Source: Haliotis rubra
Lineage: Eukaryota
Assembly (NCBI RefSeq): GCF_003918875.1
Contig: NW_025766002.1
Coordinates: 7,936,001 to 8,000,000, forward strand
DNA length: 64,000 nucleotides
Direction: 5' to 3'
Shown: positions 1 through 12,000 of the stretch, one piece after another
How the letters are laid out: every line of letters begins with the position of its first letter
How positions within the stretch are numbered: position 1 is the stretch's first letter
Translations under genes and position numbers: made by a program
The notes under the pieces: model-generated
What the model was told of the DNA's origin: nothing
Database searches by the model: none
The model's input: the letters and a program-made list of their open reading frames with translations, nothing else

Positions 1-278
1 GCATTCTCTTCATCATAACCTAAGCACGCGATATGTGATATGAATGGGTATAGCGGTATTAGCGTCCTACGCATAAGTCTTCGGCAAGGAGTTGTTCATT
101 TTGTAGTTGCCATTATTAATGTAACTGTATTCGTGTTCGAACAGGAAGGGTCACCGTCAATGAAATACTGAAATACTTTGACGTAAGTGTTAGGATCTTT
201 GAGAATATATTTTGTATATTCATCGATTCATCGTCAATTTGTTTCCAGCAAAGAAAACTGCAATAGTCTCATTATTTA

Positions 279-1558
279 CAGTACAACCAGAAATTATTGA
301 GAATATAAAGATTGTAATTTTTTAAAGAATTTTCACTTCTTACTCACATATTAAATGTGAATATTAGCAGAACATTCAAAGACAGGTCAACAGTTAGTAT
401 TTTGTCAAGTCACCATAGGCAGCAATGCAGGCTTCAATGCGGCGGGGCATACTACTGATCAAAGAAATTAGAAAGTCGTGGTCCATGCTGTCCCAATATC
501 GGAACACCTCTTCTTTCATTTCAGCAATATTTGTCAGATTTTTCTTATTGACACTTTCCTTCATAAGTCCCCAAACATTTTCTATTGGATTTAGGTCAGG
601 GCTATAGCTTGGACAATCTAATAATGTCATATTTCGGGTCCGAAACCAGGCCTGTGAATGCTTTGAACGATGTTTTGGGTCGTTGTCTTGCTGGAAAATC
701 CAAAACTTTCCATAGAACACGTGAGCAGATGGAAGTAAATGTCCCTCGAGAATATCTGTGTACCGCTCACTGTTCATATTCCCTTCAAATACACAGAGGG
801 GCGTTGCCCCTAACACAGATATGCCACCCCACATGTTAAATTTCGGACTGTAGTTTGGGCGCTGATACAAAGGTTTTTCAGTTTGTTTGGTCCAGAATTT
901 CAGTGTATTAGGAAACAGCCACACAGAACTTTCATCTGAGAAAATCACATTGTCCCAGTTAAAATTTCTATGCTGTAAGCAACAGTTCAACCTTCGCTCC
1001 TTTTGTTCAGGTTTCATGATCGGTGATGGAATTCCTCGACTTTTCTGCCAACCCATTGCATGCAGCTCAGTTCTAATTGTCTCCTTACAGACAGCCACAG
1101 TTCCTCTATCAATCATATCCAGCCTTAAGTTTTCTAAACTCCTTCGTTTGTCTTTAGAAACAAGAATACCAAGCCGCCTCCTGTCAATTTTCTGGGCCTA
1201 CCTGCGCCTCCCTGGTGCTCAATGCCATATCCATTTTCAATATTTTTCAAACACGATAAACAGTGGACAAAGGGATGCCAGTTCTACTTGAAATCACTTT
1301 AGCTGATTTGATGCCCTTGTTATAATACTCTAAAATCAACTTACCCTTCTCTAAATCATCCATACTGAGGATCACTGAAAATGTCGTCTGCTAGCAAGTA
1401 AACAAAGCGGGAGAACGCTTCACAAACTAATGAAAAAAGTATTAACGGAGTTGTCTCTCTTGAATGAAACCAAGCACTTGATAGCTGGTCAAAGTTGTTT
1501 ATACTAGAAATCCAATTAAACATATTCCTAAAATTCTCAATAATTTCTGGTCATACTA
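279..1558 (-). mobile_element. Tc1/mariner DNA transposon, full length (1280 bp), defective
   Basis: 26-bp TIRs (cagtacaaccagaaattattgagaat 279-304; reverse complement 1533-1558, 3 mismatches) flanked by TA on both sides; internal transposase. Confidence 0.93.
394..1363 (-). pseudogene. Tc1-family DD34E transposase with frameshifts in the N-terminal HTH region
   Basis: ATG at 1363 (MDDLEKGKLILEYYNKG..LSTVYRV, then GRPRK) needs two frame changes to join ORF 394-1116, which has FSDES, QQDNDPKH and SPDLNPIENVW with 34 residues between the second D and the E. Confidence 0.92.
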
Positions 1559-2699
1559 TACATACTGATAATGAGACGTCCGGAAACACAGCCAAGTTTC
1601 TCCAAGAAACGTCGCCAAACATATGTTGGAATACCATCAATTCATTAGCAAGTGGGGAAACGTTATTTGGTCTTTTATACTTCTTGATTTTAGTGTCAGT
1701 CTATAACCTAGCAGTGACTGTCGAGACGCCAAAGGTCAATCAAATCGTACCCAATAATAGCAGCGTGAACTTAACTTCGTCTTCTATTTGGACGGATAGT
1801 GAGACATTGACATTCACCGGGTAAACCAATTTGTCCAAGGTTCTTACTCTCTGTCGCCCGAGAACGCCAAACGGTTCGTCAAATAACTGTTGGTTTACAA
1901 CAGATTACAATCGTCTCTGATTTCTTCTTACGCGAAAGCGTCCGTGATCAGCATGTATACTGGAATCAGACCTAGTTCTGAAGGAAGTAGATCATCAGGC
2001 CGGAATGTTAAGTCATGTGTCTAAGCTGGGAAGTCTGGGAAGCCTCTCTGTTCGTTCTGTAGAAAACTGTAGGAGGGGATATAATATATTATAGTCTGAC
2101 GAAAGGTATTTGAGCACATAATACACTTGTAAGCTGGTTACTCTTAGGGATTGTATAGTCTGCTTTAACAGGCTTAGGGTGTGCAATTGACGTACTTACT
2201 GACATGTGACAGTTGGAATCGTACAATCGATTCCTGGTTTAGAAGAAGTTTCTTGAATGTGGAAACTTTATTGCCAACGTATTAGTGTAGTTCCTGCTAC
2301 AATGCTGTGGTAGTTTTCTCCAAAAGTACCTTTTTTAAATAATGGATACTATTTCGAAAGTAAACGGATAACCAACCCGACTCACACTTTTTTTAGTGTA
2401 TGTCATTTGAGCTATTCTTGGGCTGTGCGCACGCTACATAAACCAGCACTAACTTCTTTGAGTGGCATTTTAGAAGTTGGGAGGTACAATACAGAACAAA
2501 CTTTATAGATAACAACTTTTATTCGTGAGAGCGACGTTTTGATACAGAATCTTGTACCGCTGTCAAGCAGGGATGACAACTGCTTGACAAGAAGTTGTTG
2601 TCCATAAAGTTTGATCTGTATTTAACCAGCATTAGTTCATGCGAATCTTATCCTAATTGCATGCTAAGTTGGTGTGATTCAAGCTTTGTGAGAAACTGG

Positions 2700-2815
2700 C
2701 TAGCTATTCTCGAAACGTTCGTAGCCCAGCGAACTTGTTAAGCCCATTCTGAACACACTGGCTACGATAAAAGTTAAGAAGTCTTGGGGCTACGAACGTT
2801 TTGAGAAAAAGGGCA
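2700..2815. mobile_element. Short MITE-like inverted-repeat element
   Basis: ttctcgaaacgttcgtagccc (about 2707) pairs with gggctacgaacgttttgagaa (about 2787-2808). Confidence 0.5.
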
Positions 2816-2919
2816 CTTGTGCCTGTCCTAATCCCTATATTTTACAATTTGTTGCAAGATGAATACTACCTGGCAGCGCTGTATCTTTCATTGTACTGAT
2901 ACATATCATGTCATTACAG

Positions 2920-3015
2920 TTGCCGTGTGCTGTATCCCAATGACGGTGGCAGACATTGTGTACCAAGTGTGGATATTTGGAGAGACGCTGTGCAAGCTTA
3001 CTGGCTACTTGCAAG
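2920..3015 (+). CDS. Class A neuropeptide GPCR, internal exon (TM2-ECL1-TM3 start)
   Basis: acag|...CAAG|gtaat, phase 1 to 1; translates AVCCIPMTVADIVYQVWIFGETLCKLTGYLQG (WxFG and the TM3 Cys); joins the next exon in frame. Confidence 0.9.
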
Positions 3016-3225
3016 GTAATAGCTGATTTGATCCCAGACATCGATTTGATTCTGTTATGTTTTGTCAGTTTCTTTTCTTGTGACATTTGTCTGCTGGAGC
3101 TACTGAGATAAGTAACATAAATATGCTTTAGACTCAACGTTGTATTCTTCCAACACTTTGGACAATGGGATAGTCTGGCAGTTAAAGCGTTCGATTGTTG
3201 ACGAAACTTTGCTATTGTCTTGCAG

Positions 3226-3899
3226 GGATCTACATCGGAGCCAGCGTGTTGACAATTGTATGTATGGGGATTGACCGGTACTTTGCCATCAGACATCCTA
3301 TGATACACCGACGAATCTTCACTGTTGGGAAGGTGAAAATCCTTGTCGGACTTACATGGCTGCTAGCGGCGGGTGTGATGGTCCCTTTGGCCATCGTACG
3401 TCAACTACGCGTACATACCATTGAAGCGTTCAGTCTAAAATTTTGCACGGAACAGTGGCCGAGACAACAGGACCGACAGATATACGACATCTTCTTATTG
3501 TTTTTTATCTACATCATTCCTGGGAGCATGATAGTGCTGTTGTACGCTCTAATGGGATGTAAACTGTGGCGGCGTGACGCCAGCCTTAAACGTCAGAATT
3601 CCTGTATGAATAACGAGGCCAAGGTCATGTTAAGCCGACGTCGCCTGGCGCTGATGATGATAATCATTTCTGTGTTGTTTGCGGTGTGTTGGTTGCCGTA
3701 CTATATCTTCAGCATATGTATGGACTTTGATCAGTCCATGCAGTATAATCTAATAACACTATATCCTTTCACCCTGTTGCTGGGCCATACGAACAGTGCA
3801 CAGAACCCTATACTGTACTGCTTCATGCATAGAGGATTTAAGACGTGTATTTTGAGGATTATCAAGTGCCAGTGCAGCAGGATTCGATCCGAAAAACAG
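3226..3899 (+). CDS. Class A neuropeptide GPCR, main exon (TM3-TM7, helix 8); QRFP/NPFF/orexin-like subgroup
   Basis: tgcag| acceptor and CAG|gtacgt donor; DRY, TM4 Trp, ECL2 CTEQWP, CWLPYY, NSAQNPILY. The TM1 exon(s) lie upstream of the window. Confidence 0.95.
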
Positions 3900-3919
3900 G
3901 TACGTTGTTTAGATATTAT

Positions 3920-4148
3920 TATTTGTTGTTTAACGCCGCACTCAGCAATAGTCCAGCTGTGTGGCGGCGATCTAGATAATCATGTCTGGACCGAACAATC
4001 CAGTGACTGAGCATAAGCATCGATCAACAGCATGCACATCAATCTATGTAATTGGGATACAATGACATGTGCCCATCCGATCCCGTTAGTCGCCTCATAC
4101 AACAAGCATGGGTTACTGAAGACCAATTCTAACTTTCAACTTCACGGA
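3920..4148 (-). mobile_element. SINE-like family B copy
   Basis: Matches the approx. 250-bp family B consensus (cccatgcttgtcgtaagaggcgactaacgggatcgggtggtcagg...). Confidence 0.85.
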
Positions 4149-4529
4149 TATGGCTAAATGACGGAGAACACATATATGTGACGGTTTGAATCAGATGAAG
4201 TATATGCGCATGTAGACCTGGGTCCCAATCCACAAAGCGTTTGTAACATTACGACCTATCGTAACACTATACTTTATCACAGGCTTACGAATGGTATAGT
4301 GCTATGATGGTTTTCGGGCGTGATTAAATGAAATTAATAAAGTGGACATTTTAATGGTATTTTCTATCTCATATAACCAGGTATCATCACTATGGGATTC
4401 ACAGCACATGCTATTGATATTGCCGGAGCCATGCAGTGGGGTCTGTTGTCACCAGATATTACTAACTGTACAGGAAAAGCTTCAGACCATTGTGGTTACA
4501 CCGATGCGACATCATTTCATATCGTATAC

Positions 4530-4697
4530 GGGGCGGTGGGGTAGCCTAGTGGTTAAAGCGTTCGCTCGTCACGCCGAAGACCCGGGTTCGCTTCCCCACA
4601 TGGGTACATTGTGTGAAGCCCATTTCTGGTGTCCCCCGCCGTGATATTGCTGGAATATTGCTAAAAGCGGCGTAAAACCAAACTCACTCACTCACTC
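4530..4697 (+). mobile_element. tRNA-derived SINE family A (about 170 bp), representative copy
   Basis: A-box tagcctagtgg, B-box ggttcg(a/c)ttcc, tRNA-Asp(GTC)-like loop, (ctca)n tail, TSD tcatatcgtatac. Other copies at about 4712-4860(+), 5213-5370(+), 6387-6717(-), 6900-7056(-), 7675-7852(+), 15432-15571(-), 19885-20056(+), 22878-22995(-), 23045-23218(+), 26415-26545(+), 31499-31666(+), 39952-40107(-), 40289-40510 (inverted pair), 44420-44583(+), 46072-46213(+), 63135-63280(-). Confidence 0.93.
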
Positions 4698-6386
4698 ATA
4701 TCGTATACATTAGCGGTGAGTATCCAAGAGGTTCAAGGGTGCGCTCGTTACTGGTTCGATTCCCACATGGGTAGAATGTTTGAATCTGATTTCCGGTGTT
4801 CTCTGTCGTAATATCTTTCACATATTTCTAAAAGCGGAGGAAAAGAAAAATGACTCACTCGTGCATGTTACCGGTCAGAGGTGCAGTTCATGTGTCACTC
4901 ATTTTTGTTGAATGTCGCACAGAGTTGATGAGGGCTCAGTTGTTTGAATCGCAACTGTTCGTTGTGCAGAATTCTGATTTGCTCTCAATATGTTTCTAAG
5001 TTTGCCAACACCATACTCTACCTCGCTGGGTTCAACAAAGTGGACCTGCATCGGGCTTTCCACCACCAGTGAGGTGACACGCCGTTGTACAACTGGAATA
5101 CATTTCATAGTGGCGTCAAACGCAACTTACTCCCTCAAAACATGTACAAGGAGATATAAATAGATGCGTCTCATTCGGAGCTCCCTTGGTCCAGCCGCGC
5201 ACCTCTATCACAGTGGGCTAGCCTAATGGTTAAAGCGTCGTAACGCTAAAGTCCCGGGTTCGATTCCCCACATGGGTACAATGTGTGAAGCCCATTTCCC
5301 GTGTCCCACGCCGTGATATTGCTATATTTATTGCTAAACGCGGGGTAAAACCATACTCACTCACTCACTCTATTACAAAACAGAGACATATGGCGCTTCG
5401 TCACATCTTACACTGACTGAAGGAGAAATCCCATCTGTTTCATACATGTGGGAAATCATAGATCAAGCATTACATAAACATAATAATAATAATATTATGA
5501 TAGTTATCACCATTATACCCTCCCCACACGCAGACGGTTGCAGTTACATGATCTCGCATCATTCTATCGAAATTAATCTAGGACACAACCAGACGCATTC
5601 CGAGATGTTTATACACCATCCCCTTCAGTTATGTAAATGTAAGGCACGTTTCATCGTAATATAACGCTATCATGTTGCCAAAAACGTCACCGTCATGCTA
5701 TGAAACGCTCGGCTTTCTTTCCACGTACATATTTCGTCAATAATGGAGTCGTTTGTATGCTAACGACACTGTCAATTTCGGCTGTTGTGTCGTGTGTGAG
5801 GGAGCAGTTATCTGTGTGGGAGCTGACTGTGAGAACACCAGATATCTGTAGGTCTCACTACAACCGCTGGGACATCTCGGGGGATTCTACCGCCACAGTT
5901 TAACATAATATGCAAGATTGATGTACACACTCAAGGAAGCAATTGGTGGTAGTTGTATTCTTTGTATTGGCAACAAATCACCCAAAAAGTTGCAGCCCGA
6001 TTAATGTCACCACAGCTCAGGAGTAAAATAAACTATGATTTGATATTAAAATTTAAAATAGTTCATATTTCACACCCGATGACATCATATCTTTGGACAC
6101 CAATACATTTGGTTTTTACACAAACATTTACATTTTCAAGCATGGTTCGGGTTATGTGACTGCAAATGTGTCCAATGAAACAAAATATTTTTATACCAAA
6201 TTATCAAGCCATCGATTACGTTTTACAAAAAGTTTCACGAATGAGTAATGGTTAAAAAGAACTCATCCAATTTAACAACAGTTCTTTACATTTGCAATTA
6301 AATAGAAAACAAACTCTGTATATTTTCTCTGGCCTTCAGTTTACGATGCCGCCAGTTTATATTACAAAGAGGCTCAAAGTCTTAAA

Positions 6387-6717
6387 ATGAGTGGTTTTAC
6401 GCCCCTTTTAGCTACATTCCAGCGGGTGACACCAGAGTGAGTGAGTGAGCTTAGTTTTACGAAGCACTCAGCAATATTCCAGCTATATGGCGGCAGTCTG
6501 TAGATAATCGAGTCTGGACCAGAGAAGCCAGTGATCAACAGCATGAGCATCGATCTGCGCAATTGGTATACGATGACATGTATCAACCAAGTCAGTTAGC
6601 CTGACCACCCGATCCCGTTAGAAATAGGCTTCACACATTGGACCCATGTGGGAAATCGAACCCGGGTCTTCGGCTTGACGAGCCAACACCTTAACCGCTA
6701 GGCTACCCCACCGCCCC
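6387..6717 (-). mobile_element. SINE A with a nested truncated SINE B (about 6435-6620)
   Basis: Outer element bounded by the 14-bp TSD ctcaaagtcttaaa; family B sequence splits its body. Confidence 0.85.
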
Positions 6718-8078
6718 TCAAGTCTTAAAGGTGTAAAGACCTCAAGTACACATGTAACTATGTAACCTAAAGATTTGTATTTCACATTGGAATTCCATGT
6801 CTGAACATGCCCGCAGTACAACATCTAGATTAAAGTTATTTTAAAAACAAAACAAATTTAAATGGAATGAACACCAGATACCGTGTGTTTGGTGAAGTAA
6901 GTCAGTGAGTTTAGTTTTACGCCGCTTTTAGCAATATTCCAGCAATATCACGGCGAGGACACCAGGAATGGGCTTCACACATTGTACCCATGTGGGGAAT
7001 CGAACCCGGGTAGCGTGACGAGCGAACGCTTTAAGCACTAGGCTACCCCTCCGCCCGTGTTTGGTCAAGAATCGGTTGTTGACAGGCCGCTCAGCGGCGT
7101 AAACGCAACAAACATTGACTTTTTTATAAAACATTTTGGGATGTTATAGGAAGACCGGGAAATACGTATCTCTTCACAATCACCCGGTGTCATCACAGAT
7201 TTAAGTATTCAGACAATTTTAAACTGTTGTTTGCCATTTACGCAAAGAAATCCGCTTTAGTAGATACTTGTTACATAAAACCTACATCCATATATGGCTG
7301 GCAAAACGATGGCAATCTTTGGTATTGAATATGCTTCAAAGAAATGCGACCCCCGCTTCCATCTAACTAGATTCGTGCATGTTAAGCACAATTATAGGTC
7401 ATCTGGGACTTCACGATTGAAATGTAATAGGATAGGGATGATAGCTGAAGATATAATGATTGTTGTAATGCTCACATCAAGGGAAATACATTGGCCGCCA
7501 TGGAAAAGATTACTTTCACAAGCAGATTCTAGAGATCTGGCTTGCCCACACCTGGAGAAACATGATCGTGGAACCTAAGCGTAGGCAAAACGTTGTCAAA
7601 GTGGTATGAAAAGCATGATAGATGTATTCTATTTCATATGCACTGTTTGCACTCGCGTATTCTTCAAGACATATGGGGGCGGTGGGGTAGCCTAATGGTT
7701 AAAGCGTTGGCTCGTCACGCCGAAGACCGGGGTTCGAATCCCCCACATGGGTACAATGTGTGAAGCCCATTTCTGGTGTCCCCCGCCGTGATGTTGCTGG
7801 AATATTGCTAAAAGCGGCGTAAAACCAAACTCAGTCAGTCAGTCAGTCAGTCAAGACATATGAGACAATAAAAAACCCTCTACCCTTTCTACTTCTTTCG
7901 CACATATGCATTTCAACTAAGATATTAAAACGTCATACATTACAACTTGTTTCGCGAAAACCAAAGGTAACCGTAAAGCTTAAACTGCTGAGTTTCTGAA
8001 CTAAACATGGTATTGACAAATGCTGGGGTGATAGTGCAGTGGCCAATGTATGTTTCAATCCATCCTTATCCATTTCAG

Positions 8079-8192
8079 ATAAGCATCTCACGTGGGTTCA
8101 GTACCAGTGACAGAAATCGAGAAAGGAATTCAGTGTTATCCCCGATGCTGAGAAGAGAAATGCTGCGATCAGCTGATCAAGGTGGAGTCTAA
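8079..8192 (+). CDS. Probable terminal exon of the GPCR (Ser/Arg-rich C-tail)
   Basis: Pyrimidine-rich acceptor catccttatccatttcag|, phase 0 matching the 3899 donor; ISISRGFSTSDRNRERNSVLSPMLRREMLRSADQGGV-stop. Confidence 0.55.
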   Translation: MSISRGFSTSDRNRERNSVLSPMLRREMLRSADQGGV

Positions 8193-9151
8193 GAAGGAAG
8201 ATGGACAGTTTTCGGAGAGTACTGACCATCACAGGGCCTCGGATCAAGATCGGGATGTCGACATGCAGGTCACACAGAGTGGACTGTCCCTAATGTCATG
8301 TAATGTCAACATAGACTTGCAGGAATGTCGCTATGGAGATAGGGCTATTATTATTATCGTGGTATATTAAATTTGTTATGTTTTATGGACATTGGATAAG
8401 TATTCTTGTTGATGTCAGTAATTGGCAAGAGTGTTGCAGAAAATAACTTTTCAGGTTTTCTTTGTTAATATTTTATTATATATTTCAATTGTAAAGTGTC
8501 CACTGTCATTTAGTCGACTGTTTTGTCACACACATGAAATAGTATGTTTTGTTTCATTCATCTTTTTAGTTGCTAACAATAACTACAATCTTTTATAAGA
8601 ACATTAAAAATCTCTTATAAAATGCGTCATAGCAGATTCAAACGGTATTATATTCCCTTTGATTGAACACAAACCTCATAAGAAATCAACTGAATCAGAA
8701 CACAACGGCATTCCGAGTAGTTTGGAACTGGCTGTTGTGTCTTTCTATAGTAATTGACATTTATTTTCAGAAAGGAATCGGTGTGTTATGGAGGTGGGAA
8801 GGTGGGTGTTTCGAAGTCTGGTTCTCACTATGGCTGTATGCTTTCGGGCAAGACCATTCCTTACAGCTTTAGAGATAACGGGAAGGTCGTGCGTACCCTT
8901 TGCGGGAACACCTGATGTCATCACTGATTTATAGTGATCGACTCATATAATTGTCACAGATATTGCTCCTTTTACTACAAACGGAATTGGTTTCTGATGT
9001 TAGTCAAGACTGGGTGTTTGTTTCCACTGACGTCCTACATTATAATTCTTGTTTTATATATAACAGGTGGCAGGTGTCGCTAACTTGCTTATGTCTTCGT
9101 TCCCGATTGCAAATGAAAGTATTGCCAGGTTTCATAACACACGGGCATCTG

Positions 9152-9677
9152 CAATCTCTTCCCACAGAGGTTACTTGTCATATCTTCCTACGAACCTCTG
9201 TTCTAATACGGCCATATTTCCCGGTTCTCGTAAAATCCCCTAGCGGCAAAAAAACGCAACACGAAATACCTCCCTTCTTTCTATCCAATCAGAACACGGG
9301 TTACATCGATGCAATTAAAAATGGGGCCACAAATATCCCTCTTCTCAGCCGGGGACTTGTTTTGATGTGACACACAAGACATTTAATGGCAAGTTTGTCC
9401 GTTGTCAACGAGGGCGATGGTGACGCCATTACATGACTGAGTTCTGTCTAGAAGAAACGTTTGCGTATCGAGCAGGGGAAGAGGCTCCAGTTTTCTCAGA
9501 GCATACGGAAATTACCGAGTCCTTGCGAAAGATCACTTTTGAAACAACGTCGCTGATTGCACAACTAAATCTGATTGCAACCAATCACGAATCCTGAACA
9601 CTCGCACCATGAAAGGGCCGTATTAGAACATAGGTTCGCAGGAAGATATGACAAGTAACCCCTGTGGGAAGAGAATG
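9152..9677. mobile_element. Non-autonomous DNA transposon (MITE) with 9-bp TSD, MULE-like
   Basis: About 62-bp TIRs (caatctcttcccacagaggttacttgtcatatcttcc...) and TSD gggcatctg at 9143-9151 and 9678-9686. Confidence 0.85.
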
Positions 9678-10289
9678 GGGCATCTGAAGCCCATGGAAGA
9701 ATTGACTGAAATCTCTGTCGACTATAGTGGACATAGAAGCACTTCATCAGCGTTTTTAAAACTTGTTATACATGATTTTATACATGAAATATTAAAGCAT
9801 TTTCCGTTGTTTTAGTTTTTGGTTTATCTTCTGTTTTCGATCTTGTTATTTTTTTGTATTTTATTTGTAAATACTACATGTTTCTTAATAACAGTTTTTA
9901 TGTATTGAAATAAAACACGAGATCAAATGCATCACGACCCATTTCTCATATATGCAAATATTGTACGCTGAATAACACAGTCGTTGCTCCCGGTACATGT
10001 ACAATAACATTTAAATGTCCTTAGTTCAATGTATTACGTATGTGTGTGTAGGTGCGTGCGTGTGCGGAACGAGTGCATGGATAGCCACACATTTCAGTTT
10101 TGTGTCATTGTTGATTGGAAACCCAGATTGGCTCTGATGGTCTGGGTCTGTCATCGCCATTAGAACCAATGTTGTAACGTTTCACCAGAGAGATTACCAT
10201 GTACGACTGCATTACTCCGGGCTTTCCTCCCCATAATCTAACATGCCGTATTAAGACTAAAACACCTATAATTCACTAACACTCATACA

Positions 10290-10684
10290 ATTGAGTCCTT
10301 ACTCCGAATGTTTCAATCTAATCTTGCCTATCCAACACTCATAAACTGGTTAGATTCAGTTATCCCTCTTGGCTACCAGGATCCGCTGACAAGGAGACAT
10401 GGTATAACACAGTACACGAGTTACTTGGCAGTGGTATAAGTATACAAACTATATATATTTTGTAACATATGTTATATTTGGGATTACACTTTCTTAGTAA
10501 AGTACAGATTCTAGTACTTTTGTTTGGTTGAGTCCCATTCGGGATTCGAACCCACACCCTCAGAGTTAGGCACCTAATCGCCAGCACACAAAGTCAGACG
10601 CCTAGACCGGGACTTAACTCAACAAAAGTACTAGAATCTGTACTTTACTAAGAAAGTGTAATCCCAAATATAACATACGTTACA
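10290..10684 (-). mobile_element. tRNA(Leu/Ser)-like-headed element with a 76-bp inverted duplication
   Basis: Minus strand ggtctaggcg...gtgggttcgaatccc (B-box) at 10537-10608, enclosed by inverted arms 10461-10536 and 10609-10684. The left boundary is uncertain. Confidence 0.6.
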
Positions 10685-11755
10685 TTTGACCACTTTCTAA
10701 ATGGCATTGTGTATTTCATATATATATTTTGTCTTCAGTCAACATAGAAATAAAAATGCACACATTAGAACAAACTTTAAAACATCCTGTCAACCCAAGA
10801 AGCAACTGGAATTAAGTTCATTGACCGTATCATACATCTGACTTGCAAGATGTAATATCTGTCAAATTGTTTTACAGTCCTTTCATATAAAATAATGTCA
10901 AACAAATATGGTTACTTTTCATTATTCAGTTCACGTTGTTACAGTGAATTGATTTGTCCAAAATAAAATACATCTTCAGTTCACAGACCTGATTTTCTAC
11001 GCATTGCCTTCAATACAGATCCACAGTCGTTTTCCAGGAGATCCCTGTTTCACCCAAGTTTGTCATACTCAACGAGACACATTGCTTGGACAGAAATTGG
11101 AGACACACATTGTAAGAGAAATCCAATTAGGTACACCGACGCGTGGTGCATCACGTTAACCCACACAAGTGATTAGAGGATTGGCAATCTGCAAGGGAAA
11201 AGGGAAGAATACATTCATGTTTGATTAAAGCTAAAAGTGAAACATTCGTTGGTGATGTGTTGGATGTGGGTATTGCTGTTATGTTATGGACGGTATGTGT
11301 AACGAGTGTTTAAAGCCTATAACCTTTTGAAAAGTTAGAATTATTTTGTGTGTTTGAAATCCATACTTTGTGCCCAGAAATGTTTATCGGCGACAGAGTT
11401 TGTGACGATGCTGTGAACGATATTACCGTCACATGCTGCTGAATTTGGAAGGTACGCATTGAGTATTATGAATATGTTCATCTATGTCAAAGATCACAAA
11501 CATAGATATGATTACAATATCTGCAGATTAATATTTCCATCGACATTGCTTCTCTTTTGCGGATAATCACCTTCGATCTCTCTCCTTTTTCAATATTATT
11601 GCTACCATGGCTGTTCAGATCTGATAATCATTCAGTAATATTAAATTCCAACGTGGCTCCCAAGCGTTTATCCTACCACTTAAGGGTCAACCAAAATATC
11701 TCAAAGAACATGTTTCTTTTAGCTGTTACAAGGTCGAGATTCCTCCACATAAAAT

Positions 11756-12000
11756 ACCCGTGAAGGTCCGGGTTAGAACTGATCTTCAGTAACCCATGCT
11801 TGTCGTAAGAGGCGACTATCGGAATCGGGTGGTAAGGCTCGCTGACTTGGTTGACACGTGTCATCGGTTCCCATTTGCGCAGATCGATGCTCATGCTGTT
11901 AATCACTGGATTGTCTGGTTCAGACCCGAATTATTTACAGACCAACGCCATATAGCTGGAATATTGCTGAGTGAGGCGTAAAACTTAACTCACTCACTCA
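11756..12000 (+). mobile_element. SINE-like family B (about 250 bp, no tRNA head), representative full-length copy
   Basis: Starts acccgtgaag, ends gctggaatattgctgagtg.ggcgtaaaac..(ctca)n, TSD ctccacataaa. Other copies at about 15852-16095(+), 20563-20812(-), 21975-22090(-), 22257-22628(-), 24357-24575(-), 27640-27845(-), 28445-28680(-), 31152-31387(+), 35268-35478(-), 37468-37594(-), 39022-39268(+), 42990-43220(+), 47918-48162(-), 52384-52617(-), 53080-53717(-, interrupted), 62240-62978 (three pieces). Confidence 0.92.

Larger units (their letters stand above)
1..2625 (-). mobile_element. Highly decayed Penelope-like retroelement (interrupted by the Tc1 at 279-1558)
   Basis: Broken minus-strand peptides resemble PLE RT N-terminal motifs (PVNVNVSLSVQIEDEVKFTLLLLG..LTF near 1730-1825; KYILKDPNTYVK and IPLYPFISHIACLGY within 1-220). 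Inverted pseudo-LTR pair at about 2488-2625 with a hammerhead-like motif (2531-2568) and AATAAA. Confidence 0.5.

Noticed and set aside
4530-4610. SINE A and C heads as tRNA genes
   Set aside because: No proper acceptor stem, followed by SINE body, microsatellite tail and TSDs, many diverged copies.
8182-8370. Overlapping ORF as an alternative GPCR tail
   Set aside because: That frame has stops at 8080 and near 8148 and no acceptor clearly better than 8079; left unresolved.
11756-11835. Assigning the family B head to HDV-like, twister, pistol or hammerhead ribozyme classes
   Set aside because: Stem order and core residues did not fit any of these by eye; kept only as an unclassified structure candidate.
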